DNA of 64,000 nucleotides, taken from Eubacteriales bacterium (lineage in GTDB: Bacteria; Bacillota; Clostridia; Oscillospirales; CAG-382). Of the stretch, positions 1-8,284 are shown one piece after another. The stretch covers positions 3,651 to 67,650 of the forward strand of contig JAZSOO010000023.1 of the NCBI GenBank assembly GCA_045536935.1, read 5' to 3'. The position numbers and the translations under genes were made by a program. The stretch's first letter is position 1; every line of letters starts with the position of its first letter. The notes under the pieces were generated by a model. That model saw only the letters and a list, made by a program, of their open reading frames with translations, made no database searches and was not told where the DNA came from.

Positions 1-379
1 AAGAATCGATAACACCGCAATATTCCTTACTGCCGTCAACAGCAACGTAAAGACCGATAGTAACGTTCAATCTGTTGTCGCAGGCAAAACGGATATGCTC
101 CTCCTTGCCGAGGGGACGAACCGTTCCTGCGGAAGCAACCTGAAGACAATAGCTTTCTTCAATGGGGTCAAGCTCGTCGATAATGGGTTCAACAAGCCTT
201 GTGACAATGGAACAATCGTTAATAGAAATACCCTCGTCCCTGTCGATGGATATTTCAAGTATCATTTCGGGACCTTCTTTGTAATAGGAAACGTCCCAGA
301 GCTTATAGCCTGCATCGGTAACAACGCTTTCAATTGCGTTTCTTACCTTAACGGCTATGCCTGTTTTCTTGTCTGCCAT
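1..379 (-). CDS. rimP: Ribosome maturation factor RimP (3' end runs off the window)
   Basis: Not in the ORF track; manual translation from ATG at 379 gives MADKKTGIAVKVRNAIESVVTDAGYKLWDVSYYKEGPEMILEISIDRDEGISINDCSIVTRLVEPIIDELDPIEESYCLQVASAG, matching RimP motifs (ID..GI..DC, LDPI...Y.L.VSSPG-like); GGAGG RBS upstream. Confidence 0.9.
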   Translation of the reverse strand, partial: MADKKTGIAVKVRNAIESVVTDAGYKLWDVSYYKEGPEMILEISIDRDEGISINDCSIVTRLVEPIIDELDPIEESYCLQVASAGTVRPLGKEEHIRFACDNRLNVTIGLYVAVDGSKEYCGVIDS

Positions 380-397
380 AAATCCTCCAATCAAGAC

Positions 398-425
398 TCA
401 AGAGAGGGCTTGCACCCTCTCTTGA
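398..425 (-). promoter_or_regulatory. Hairpin in rimP leader (possible attenuator of the rimP-nusA operon)
   Basis: Perfect 11-bp inverted repeat tcaagagaggg/ccctctcttga between the promoter and the rimP RBS; leader hairpins are known upstream of rimP/ylxS in Firmicutes. Confidence 0.55.
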
Positions 426-449
426 TAGCTTAATGTTCTTTATGCGGTT

Positions 450-478
450 ATTATATCACAAGAATAGCCGTTTTACAA
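450..478 (-). promoter_or_regulatory. SigA-type promoter for rimP
   Basis: Minus strand TTGTAA-N17-TATAAT with extended TG. Confidence 0.65.
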
Positions 479-502
479 TAGATTTTCAAAAAAATAGTTG
501 AT

Positions 503-1273
503 TCAAGCCAAAAATTTTTCTGCTTTTTCCCAATCAACAAACAAAAGCTTCTGTTTCTTGCCTTTGTTTCCGGATGCGATAGTGCGTTCCGAGATAACGT
601 CATTTTCCATAAGCACCTTCATCGCTTTCACGATCTGTTGCTTTGTTGCACCGCCGCGGTTTCTTTTAACAGCGGCATTTATCGCTTCGTTATAAGTGGG
701 TTGAGAACTGGTTTTAAGATAATCGAATATATTTCTGTAAAAGCTTCCGTTAATATCCTGCTCGGTAGGGAGAATATGAAACGTGTTTGCGGTTTCACGT
801 AGCTGCTTTGAAAACGAACCGTTTACGCCGTAAATGACGACCTGCTTGTGATAAAAATTCTTAAGAAACGATGTGACCGAGCTGAAATGCCCGTCGCCCG
901 AAAAAAGAATGAAAACGTCGATATCGTCAGACGAAAGCGCCTTCTGATACATATTGTCAAGAATGATAAAATCGGTAAAATCCTTTTGAACACCGTTTGG
1001 GCTTCGGGTATCGATTATCTTGTTTGAGAAAAGACGGATACGTCCGATCTCTTCTGCAAGACTCTTATGAGAGAAATCCGCAAAGAAGTTTACTTCGACA
1101 AGGTTGTATTTCGTGTTAAGCTCCTCGAACCAAGCCTTGATGTTCGGCTGAAGTCCGTAATTGTTTTTAAGCGAAATATACCAATGCTCGTAATCAACGA
1201 AAGCCACCGCCTTCGGAAGAACGTTCTGCAAACAGGTTTCTTTTGCGGTCTCTTTTTTAAACAGACCTAAAAT
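503..1273 (-). CDS. NYN-domain (LabA/DUF88, PIN-like) putative ribonuclease with C-terminal winged-helix-like region
   Basis: Motifs FVDYEH, KDFTDF, LFSGDGHF, V.IYG typical of NYN domain; ORF track starts at TTG 1231 but the frame is open to an ATT at 1273 lying 7 nt after GGAGG. Confidence 0.8.
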   Translation of the reverse strand: MLGLFKKETAKETCLQNVLPKAVAFVDYEHWYISLKNNYGLQPNIKAWFEELNTKYNLVEVNFFADFSHKSLAEEIGRIRLFSNKIIDTRSPNGVQKDFTDFIILDNMYQKALSSDDIDVFILFSGDGHFSSVTSFLKNFYHKQVVIYGVNGSFSKQLRETANTFHILPTEQDINGSFYRNIFDYLKTSSQPTYNEAINAAVKRNRGGATKQQIVKAMKVLMENDVISERTIASGNKGKKQKLLFVDWEKAEKFLA

Positions 1274-1308
1274 ACAATAACCTCCTCTCTTGATTATTCT
1301 TTAAATTA

Positions 1309-1337
1309 ATTATAACCCCGTTGTCCTTTTGTGTCAA
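1309..1337 (-). promoter_or_regulatory. Consensus SigA promoter for the NYN gene, overlapping the sigE stop codon
   Basis: Minus strand TTGACA-N17-TATAAT, perfect match. Confidence 0.8.
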
Positions 1338-2047
1338 TAGTTTTGCTTTGTAAGAAGCTCTTTAAGATGTGCGATGATCTTCTTTTCAAGCCTTGAAATA
1401 TAGCTTTGCGAGATACCAAGCGCATCCGCAACCTCTTTCTGTGTAAGCTCTTTTCCGTTGCGGTTTATGCCGTACCGAAGCTCGATAATGTTACGGTCAC
1501 GCTTGTTTAAGGACGATATTGCTTTTAATATCATCTTTCTGTCTTCGCTTTCTTCAATGCTCTTATAGACAAAATCGCTGTCTGTTCCAAGCACGTCGCT
1601 AAGCAACAGCTCGTTGCCGTCATAGTCGATATTAAGCGGTTCGTCAAGCGAAAGCTCGTTTTTAACTCCTGTGTTTTTTCGAAGGTGCATTAGAATCTCG
1701 TTTTCAATACACCTCGAAGCGTATGTGGCAAGCTTTATCTGCTTGTCGGCACGGAAGGTGTTTATCGATTTTATAAGCCCGATAGTGCCTATAGATATAA
1801 GGTCCTCTATCCCCACAGCCGAGCTTTCAAATCTCCTTGCAATATAAACGACAAGACGTAAATTATGCTCAATAAGCCGTTTCTTTGCATCGGCATCGTC
1901 GGGTAGCTTTTCAATAAGAATTGCTTCTTCTTCCTTTTCGAGAGGGGGAGGGAGCGTTTGAGGGCCGTTTATGTAGAATATCTCCTCGCCAATACCCAAA
2001 ACCTCTTTCAACCAATGAATAACTAAATCATAACCCTGCTTTAACAT
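1334..2047 (-). CDS. sigE: RNA polymerase sporulation sigma factor SigE (pro-sigmaE)
   Basis: [80 protein letters not shown]; directly downstream of spoIIGA; probable ATG at 2047. Confidence 0.95.
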   Translation of the reverse strand: MLKQGYDLVIHWLKEVLGIGEEIFYINGPQTLPPPLEKEEEAILIEKLPDDADAKKRLIEHNLRLVVYIARRFESSAVGIEDLISIGTIGLIKSINTFRADKQIKLATYASRCIENEILMHLRKNTGVKNELSLDEPLNIDYDGNELLLSDVLGTDSDFVYKSIEESEDRKMILKAISSLNKRDRNIIELRYGINRNGKELTQKEVADALGISQSYISRLEKKIIAHLKELLTKQNY

Positions 2048-2063
2048 AATATAACTCCAATAA

Positions 2064-2882
2064 TTATAATAAACTTGTCGGCATAAGCCCGTCGTAACCC
2101 GAATAGGTCTTGTTTTCTGTGTCAATGCCTATGTATGCCTCAACCCTTTTCGGTTTTCTTGCCATCTGCCGAACTTCAATTCTGTCGGGACGGAACCCAA
2201 AGAAACAGCTCTTGCCCGAGCTTGTTCTGAAGGGTATTGCACGTATGGGAAAAGGGAAGACCTCGCTCTCGGGCGAATCAAAAGGGAAGGGCAGAGCCGA
2301 TGACGCAATGACGATGACCGGCAAAGCCGAAAAAGGCTCTGTCACAAGATTTCCGCTGTCCGCAAGCAACCTTGCATCAAACCTCTTTTCTCCTGCATAG
2401 ACACGTATCTCCGCCGACCTTGTATATATCTTTTTTCGGCATATAAGTCCGTACGATAGAGCAACGAACGCCGAAATAAGACAGATAAGCACAAACGAAA
2501 CCGAATCTACTTCCGAATAAACCCCGTCGGAATATCTCGTGCCGAGACTGTAAAAAGCCGTCACAAGTCCGCCCAATAATGCCGAAGAAACGATAAATGT
2601 TCCGCATATCACGAAAAACCGCTTAAGATCTTGCTTGCCGAACGCCATAAGACATATCAATCCCGCCGCACCGAGATCAAAGGTGAAGGAAGCAAACGTC
2701 GGCGGCTCTACAAGATAGGGGACAAAGGCATATATACCGCCGATAAAAGCCCCCAAAAGCAACCGCAAGACCTTTCCTCCGCAGTTAAGTATCCGCCCCG
2801 TAAGAAAAAGACATAAGTAATCAAGCGAAAAATTTATAATAAAAAGCATATCGGCATAAATGACCGTTGTTTCCGCATACAT
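2064..2882 (-). CDS. spoIIGA: Sigma-E processing aspartic peptidase SpoIIGA
   Basis: N-terminal IYAD..F..NF..DY TM region, DSGN catalytic motif, IPF, GFRPD; upstream of sigE; ATG at 2882 after GAGGTG. Confidence 0.9.
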   Translation of the reverse strand: MYAETTVIYADMLFIINFSLDYLCLFLTGRILNCGGKVLRLLLGAFIGGIYAFVPYLVEPPTFASFTFDLGAAGLICLMAFGKQDLKRFFVICGTFIVSSALLGGLVTAFYSLGTRYSDGVYSEVDSVSFVLICLISAFVALSYGLICRKKIYTRSAEIRVYAGEKRFDARLLADSGNLVTEPFSALPVIVIASSALPFPFDSPESEVFPFPIRAIPFRTSSGKSCFFGFRPDRIEVRQMARKPKRVEAYIGIDTENKTYSGYDGLMPTSLL

Positions 2883-2901
2883 AAAAACACCTCTTGAATC
2901 T

Positions 2902-2936
2902 ATTATATAGTAATCAAGAGGTGTATTTTGTCGTAA
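2902..2936 (-). promoter_or_regulatory. Spo0A-dependent spoIIG-type promoter
   Basis: Minus-strand TATAAT (2902-2907) with a 0A-box-like TGTCGTA (2929-2935, + strand) 21 bp away, similar to the over-spaced B. subtilis spoIIG promoter. Confidence 0.55.
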
Positions 2937-2958
2937 CGGATAAGGCGGTGATATTTTT

Positions 2959-3141
2959 TTGAAAAAACCTATAATGTCGCTCAAATCAAGCAAGGATATA
3001 TTAAAACTAACGCTTTGCCTGGTTTTAACTCTTTCTGCGTTCTCTCTCTTCTTCCTTCCCGAAGAAAGCGTCGCCGTGTTCGGTAACGGGACTGAATATA
3101 CCCCAAAAAGCCTTTACGGGCTTATAAAATCGTTGTTGTAG
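2959..3141 (+). CDS. Small putative membrane protein upstream of the SpoIVFB-like gene
   Basis: 60 aa with one hydrophobic helix; GGCGGTGA SD-like sequence before TTG; no recognisable family. Confidence 0.35.
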   Translation: MKKPIMSLKSSKDILKLTLCLVLTLSAFSLFFLPEESVAVFGNGTEYTPKSLYGLIKSLL

Positions 3142-3228
3142 ATATGCCAAGTGAGTTTTGTGAAGTTATAGCAAAAAATAACATTTTAAACCGAATTGAG
3201 TTCAACTCTTTTCGGCTATAGAGGTTTT

Positions 3229-3807
3229 ATGTTTATCGTTTTTCCACGTATACGCTTGCGTGTTTCGCTTTTTGCGCTCCCTGCCTATATATTGATGCTC
3301 TGGCTTGAAGGTATTAAGCCCTTTTCTGTGATGATACTGTCTGCGCTTGTGCACGAACTTGGGCATATAACGGCGATCCGACTTTGCGGTTATCGTCTCC
3401 GCCGTGTTGATATACTCCCTATGGGTGCGCTCATCGTCTGTCCCGAAGGGATACCCAATTCAGATGAAACAAAAATCGCTCTCTCAGGCCCTCTTGCTTC
3501 ACTTTTTCTTGCACTTGTCGGCTCTTTGTGGTTTTTAAAAACGGGGGAAGCTCTTGCACTTCTTGCAACACTTATAAACCTCGTTCTCGGTCTGTTCAAC
3601 CTTCTGCCCGTACAAAAACTTGATGGCGGAAAGGCTCTGTTCTGCTTTCTGTCAACCAAAACGAAAAGAGCAGATAAGATCTGCTCTCTTGCTTCACACA
3701 TATCAATTTTAATCTTCTTCCTCGCCGGCCTGTTGTTTGTGATCCTTTCAAACTTCAACCTCGGCGTTATTATCCTTTCGTCTGCACTGTTGGTTCAACT
3801 TTTTTAA
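3229..3807 (+). CDS. M50 family site-2 metalloprotease, SpoIVFB-like (short, no CBS domain)
   Basis: HELGH zinc motif, ALSGPLAS, FNLLP..LDGG; ATG at 3229 after GAGG. Confidence 0.85.
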   Translation: MFIVFPRIRLRVSLFALPAYILMLWLEGIKPFSVMILSALVHELGHITAIRLCGYRLRRVDILPMGALIVCPEGIPNSDETKIALSGPLASLFLALVGSLWFLKTGEALALLATLINLVLGLFNLLPVQKLDGGKALFCFLSTKTKRADKICSLASHISILIFFLAGLLFVILSNFNLGVIILSSALLVQLF

Positions 3808-3837
3808 TCTTCACGGTGTAGTTTGGTTTAGTCTAAC

Positions 3838-4347
3838 TGTCATTCCGAGCTTGCGAGGAATCTCACTCAGTGGAAGGTAAAGTTAATGAAACAAAGACAA
3901 AAGAAACAACGAATTGAGATTCTTCACTTTATCACCCCACAAAATTAATTTTGCGGGGACCCCGTCGTTCAGAATGACAGGTTAGAGAGTTGTTGTTTGT
4001 GTTAATTTGATTATTGTAGGGACCGGCGTCCTCGACGGTCCGCCCATAAAACATTGTCGTTTCTTTTGTCTGCAAAACAACAAAAATATCTGATCGTATG
4101 GGAGGGGTTCCCCCTCCCGTTCGTGAAAATATGTTGTTTGTATCAGTTTCGTTGTTTATAGAAATTACATTGTAGGGGAGGGTCTTGCACCCTCCCGAAC
4201 TCGAAAGATTTTGTTGTATCTTATCTCTGTGTTATATGCCTTTAAGTTTTATCCATAGACGATTTATACAACAGATAATCACGGGCACGGGAGGGTTTAT
4301 CACCCCGCAAAATAAATTTTGCGGGGACCCCGTCGTTCAGAATGACA
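3838..4347. repeat. Cluster of REP-like palindromes (TGTCATTC/GAATGACA family and GTAG family) with nested GGGGACCCC elements
   Basis: tgtcattccgagcttgcgaggaatctc (3838-3864) inverted to gagattcttc...gttcagaatgaca (3916-3979); gtagggaccggcgtcctcgacggtccg (4016-4042); gtatgggagggg..ccctcccg (~4096-4119); tgtaggggagggtcttgcaccctcccg (4171-4197); chimeric unit 4287-4347. Confidence 0.85.
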
Positions 4348-4395
4348 GGTTTGGGATTTGTTTTTGGTTCAGATGACAGATGATTTTTTTAAAAT

Positions 4396-4428
4396 AAAAA
4401 AGAGAGGCTTTAACAACCTCTCTTTTTA
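4396..4428. terminator. Bidirectional intrinsic terminator after oppA-like gene
   Basis: aaaaagagagg-loop-cctctcttttt with A/T tracts on both sides. Confidence 0.7.
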
Positions 4429-4435
4429 TTATTAA

Positions 4436-6307
4436 TTATTTATTTTCGTTGCGCTGATTGTTGAGTTCTTCTTCTTTGGAGTTGATCTCACGCCAATCGT
4501 CAAGCTCAAGTTCGGTGAAGTCTACGTAACCAAACCAGCTGTCGGTTTCGTAATCGTCAATTTCGTCGCTTGCAACGAAGCTTCTCGAATAGAAGAATAC
4601 CATTGTTGCGGGGCAGAGTTCTTCAACAAGCTTCTTTTCTGCGTTGTGGAGAATTTCTGCTCTCTTTGCACGGTCCTTTTCGGTAAGAGCCGATTGGATA
4701 AGCTTGGAATAATCTGCGTTGTCGATCTTGGTGTAGTGAGGATTGAAGGTTTCTTCGGTGGTAGCAACGCTGTTGTCAACAACGATACCCGAACCGCTGT
4801 ATTCCTTTGCGAAGGGAGCGAGGTAGGAGAATGCGTCAACCGAGCCGTTAACGATGTTAACACCGATAACGTCGAAATCACTTGTCTTAAGTGCGGTGAG
4901 ATATGCTTCGGGGTCAAGACCTACAAGCTCAACGTTAATGCCGATAGCCTTCCAGTTTTCAGCAGCCTTCTTTGCAGTTTCTTCATAAAGATTTACGTAG
5001 TTAACTTTTCTCGAATAGGTAGAAACGGTAATATCGTTAAGAGGGATAAGGTATGCAACCTTAAGGCTGCCCTTCTTGCTGCCGAGAAGCGATTTTGCCT
5101 TTTCTACGTCAGCGTTTACGCTGTAAAGTTCGCCGCCTTCTTCACGGAAATCGGATTTTCTGTCGGTATTGAATACACCGCCGGGAACGTAGCCGGTAGC
5201 GGGAACTTCGCCGGTTCCGGTCGTTTCGGTAATAGCCTTTCTGTCAAGTGCTGCGGAAAGAGCCTTACGAACGTTTGCATCGGAAAGGAATTCTTTTTCG
5301 GTGTTGAAATAGAATGCAAAGCCGTTAAGTGTCTGCTGGGTTTCGATGTCGTCCTGATATTTCTTGAAAGTTTCCTTGTCAAACTTGCCAAGATAGAATA
5401 CTTCGCCGTTGTCAAAACGGTTTGCTTGGAACTGCTGCTGAGTCAATCCCTTTTCTTCGGGATAGTATTCGGTCTGACCTTCGTAGTAGAGACAGGTTAT
5501 ACGGTAGGGATCAACGTATTCGTCAAGGTCGTCCTTTTCGGGGTTACGCATATAGTATGCGTTACGTTCAAGAACGAGCTTGCAGGCAAACTTACCGCTG
5601 AAGTCCTGTTCGCCTTCCTTCTTTTCACGGGGCATATCCATCGTCTGAACTCTGAATTTGCCGTTTGCAACCATATCGGTTGCGCTTGCTGCCCAGTCAT
5701 CGCCGTTTTTGGAGCAACGGGTGATGATATCTTCACGGGCAGGAACAAGGTGAACGTTTGCAACCTGTTCTGCGAAGAGGTCGCAGTCATATTCGTTTTC
5801 GAAAGTAACTTCAAGAAGGGTGTTGTCAACTGCCGCAAGACCAAGGTCGTCGATAGTGCCGATACCCGATTTTACGTTTCTTGCGCCCTTGATGCAATAG
5901 AGAAGGGAAGCATAGGGGCTATCCATTTCGGGAGAGAGGATTCTGCTCCAAGCATAGATAACGTCGTCTGCGGTAACGGGTCTGTTATCGCTCCATGCGG
6001 TTTCCTTCAATTTGAAGTACATTTTGTGGAGCTGATAGATCTCGTCGTATTTATAGTACCATTCGGTAGCGAGAGCAGGCTGAACCTTGCCGTCCTCGTC
6101 GATGGTAGTAAGGGGTTCGAAAATCAAAGAAAGGATCTGTTCAACGTCGCTGTTAAGCTGAACAACGGCAGGGTCGAGCGTGTAGGGATAATCCGAAAGA
6201 TACATTCGGATATTTGCACCCTTTTCGCCTTCTTCCAATCCGCCGCAGCCAACAAGTGCGCTCAAACAGAACATGAAGCAAAGTGCGAGACAAAGTATTT
6301 TTTTCAT
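4436..6307 (-). CDS. Peptide ABC transporter substrate-binding lipoprotein (family 5, OppA-like), without adjacent permeases
   Basis: Lipobox LVGC, TLDPA, IFEPL, PALA..W, WSD..PVTADD..YAW.R, VRKALSAALDR. Confidence 0.9.
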   Translation of the reverse strand: MKKILCLALCFMFCLSALVGCGGLEEGEKGANIRMYLSDYPYTLDPAVVQLNSDVEQILSLIFEPLTTIDEDGKVQPALATEWYYKYDEIYQLHKMYFKLKETAWSDNRPVTADDVIYAWSRILSPEMDSPYASLLYCIKGARNVKSGIGTIDDLGLAAVDNTLLEVTFENEYDCDLFAEQVANVHLVPAREDIITRCSKNGDDWAASATDMVANGKFRVQTMDMPREKKEGEQDFSGKFACKLVLERNAYYMRNPEKDDLDEYVDPYRITCLYYEGQTEYYPEEKGLTQQQFQANRFDNGEVFYLGKFDKETFKKYQDDIETQQTLNGFAFYFNTEKEFLSDANVRKALSAALDRKAITETTGTGEVPATGYVPGGVFNTDRKSDFREEGGELYSVNADVEKAKSLLGSKKGSLKVAYLIPLNDITVSTYSRKVNYVNLYEETAKKAAENWKAIGINVELVGLDPEAYLTALKTSDFDVIGVNIVNGSVDAFSYLAPFAKEYSGSGIVVDNSVATTEETFNPHYTKIDNADYSKLIQSALTEKDRAKRAEILHNAEKKLVEELCPATMVFFYSRSFVASDEIDDYETDSWFGYVDFTELELDDWREINSKEEELNNQRNENK

Positions 6308-6445
6308 AGTGACCTCCGGACAAAAAATTCCAGTCTTTAATGATTAGATTATAACACTATATTATTAAATAATCAAGTGCGATTTATCTATTTGTGAAAA
6401 CTCACAAAATCCGAACCTTTTAATTGTGCGATTTATCGAGTGCAC

Positions 6446-7345
6446 TTAAAACAACCCTTGGCAGAGCTGAATGATAACACCCGATGCACAGGAAATTATA
6501 TAAAGCAATCCGACCGCAAGAAGATTTTCCTTTAGCCCTCTGTTCACACGGAAAAGAACGAGAAGACCGACACCTGCACTCGTGCAAAGACCTGCGAAGA
6601 CCGAGCCCAAACTTATTGCTCCTTCAACGAACATTCCTGCCAAAATAACCGAGGGCGCACAGTTGGGGATAAGCCCTATCAACGCAGTCAAAAACGGTTG
6701 GAAAACGCTGTCGGTGAGCATAAATTCGCCGATTCTGTCCTCACCGACGAATTCAATGGCGAACGAAAGCAAAAACGTTGCGACAAAAAGGAAAGCAAAG
6801 ACCGAAGACGTGCGCTTGACGGTACATAAAGCGATCGCACGCCAATCGGTATGACTGCAACAATGCTCTTCGCCGATAATTTCTTCTCCTTCGCAGGAAT
6901 CGTCGTGGTGATGACAATGGTGGCAATCTTCGGTTATTATTTTTTTCTTTCCGACAAAAAAGTCTATCGTATAGCCTGCAATGATCGCAACGACGAGTTT
7001 TAAGCCCATAATGATCAAAAGATCTTTGTAGTGCGAAGGGCTTGCAAGCATAATAAGCAATGCTTCGTCCGAAGTGGAAAGAAATATTGCGATAAGCGTT
7101 CCGAGCGTTATAATACGTTTTGCAAAAAAGTTTGCGCCTATGACCGAGAAACCGCATTGGGGTATCAACCCAAGCAATGCACCCGTAAAAGGACCGCTTT
7201 TTTCTGCTTTTTCAATAGCTTTTGCGCTTTTTTGTTCAAGACGGGCTTCCGTAAATTCAAGAAACAGGAACGCCAAAAACAAAAAGGGAAGCATCTTTAA
7301 TGAATCGAAAAAAGAATGCTCGAGCGCATGTAAAAATTCGTGCAT
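6446..7345 (-). CDS. Putative manganese/heavy-metal transporter (ArsP-like permease) with His/Cys-rich loop
   Basis: GALLGLIPQCGFS, FLSTSDEA, GLIPNCAPSV duplicated motifs; CHHCHHHDDSC loop; ATG at 7345. Confidence 0.8.
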   Translation of the reverse strand: MHEFLHALEHSFFDSLKMLPFLFLAFLFLEFTEARLEQKSAKAIEKAEKSGPFTGALLGLIPQCGFSVIGANFFAKRIITLGTLIAIFLSTSDEALLIMLASPSHYKDLLIIMGLKLVVAIIAGYTIDFFVGKKKIITEDCHHCHHHDDSCEGEEIIGEEHCCSHTDWRAIALCTVKRTSSVFAFLFVATFLLSFAIEFVGEDRIGEFMLTDSVFQPFLTALIGLIPNCAPSVILAGMFVEGAISLGSVFAGLCTSAGVGLLVLFRVNRGLKENLLAVGLLYIISCASGVIIQLCQGLF

Positions 7346-7516
7346 AATAAATTCCTTAAAAACGGAGCAACACTCCGAAAATATACAAAATAAATTATAC
7401 AGCAAAGCGATTGTTTGTCAAGAATTTTTTAAGAAACGTTAAATAATTAAATACTTGATATAATAAATAAAATATGGTAAGATGTATGCAAATAAAATGC
7501 ATAACGGAGATGTGTT

Positions 7517-8197
7517 ATGGAAACAAAAACGAAAATGAGTGCACGTGAATGGATAGAAAATCTGTGGTATCACTATAAATGGCTGATAATCTTCGGCGGC
7601 TTGATCTTGGCTTTTCTTATAATAAGCTTGTTCCAGTACGTCGGTTCAAAAGACCCCGACGTTAATATCCTTCACGTCGGACCGATGTATATCTCGCCCG
7701 AGTCGGCAGAAAACCTAAAAGGAAGCGTTGCCGCACTGTCCGAGGACTATAACGATGACGGAGATATAAACGTTGCGCTTCTCGATATAACCGTTAATAA
7801 GTTCGGCAACGAGGACGAGGGTATCGACCCTGTGAATTACGATCAAAACAATAACGGATTAAAACGGTTCCAGACCGAAGTCCGTGCGGGTGATGCGGTC
7901 ATATATCTGCTTGATGAAGAATTTTTTAATATATGTATCGACGAAAACCTTCTTTCTCCCTTGAAAGACGTGGTTCCCGCAGATATTCTTCCCGAAAATA
8001 CGGTCAAGGGCTACGGTGTGAAGATCAGCGATCTTGATGCATATAAATTAAGCGGACTCTCCAACGTTCCCGAAACGGCAATACTTTGCCTTCGCCGTTC
8101 GCCCGATCTCGACCCGATAAAATACGGCAGAACCGTCGAGGTTTGGGAAGGCAACCGCAAAACTTTTGAAAATATATTGAAGTATAAAGCGGAATAA
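7517..8197 (+). CDS. Conserved hypothetical protein with N-terminal membrane anchor
   Basis: ENLWYHYKW followed by a TM helix, then a soluble domain with DYNDDGD; GGAGA RBS. Confidence 0.7.
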   Translation: METKTKMSAREWIENLWYHYKWLIIFGGLILAFLIISLFQYVGSKDPDVNILHVGPMYISPESAENLKGSVAALSEDYNDDGDINVALLDITVNKFGNEDEGIDPVNYDQNNNGLKRFQTEVRAGDAVIYLLDEEFFNICIDENLLSPLKDVVPADILPENTVKGYGVKISDLDAYKLSGLSNVPETAILCLRRSPDLDPIKYGRTVEVWEGNRKTFENILKYKAE

Positions 8198-8284
8198 AAT
8201 GCAAATCATAGCAAATTTCTATTGCAAAACAGTATAATTTGTGGTAGAATAACTCGATTGAAAATTTTTTCGGAGGATTTTAAA

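Noticed and set aside
398-425. Similarity of the rimP leader hairpin (gagggcttgcaccctc) to the REP at 4171-4197
   Set aside because: Short match explainable by a shared GCAA loop and purine-rich stem; lacks the GTAG foot and REP flanks
1274-1340. sigG expected downstream of sigE
   Set aside because: Not present; the NYN gene follows directly. Separation of sigG from spoIIGA-sigE is a simple rearrangement and not evidence of a new system
4646-6340. 564-aa ORF antisense to oppA (similarly 12446-13909, 23013-25121, 25483-26847, 27404-29149, 34013-35146)
   Set aside because: Shadow frames produced by the codon bias of highly expressed genes; no RBS or recognisable motifs, and they fully overlap well-supported genes
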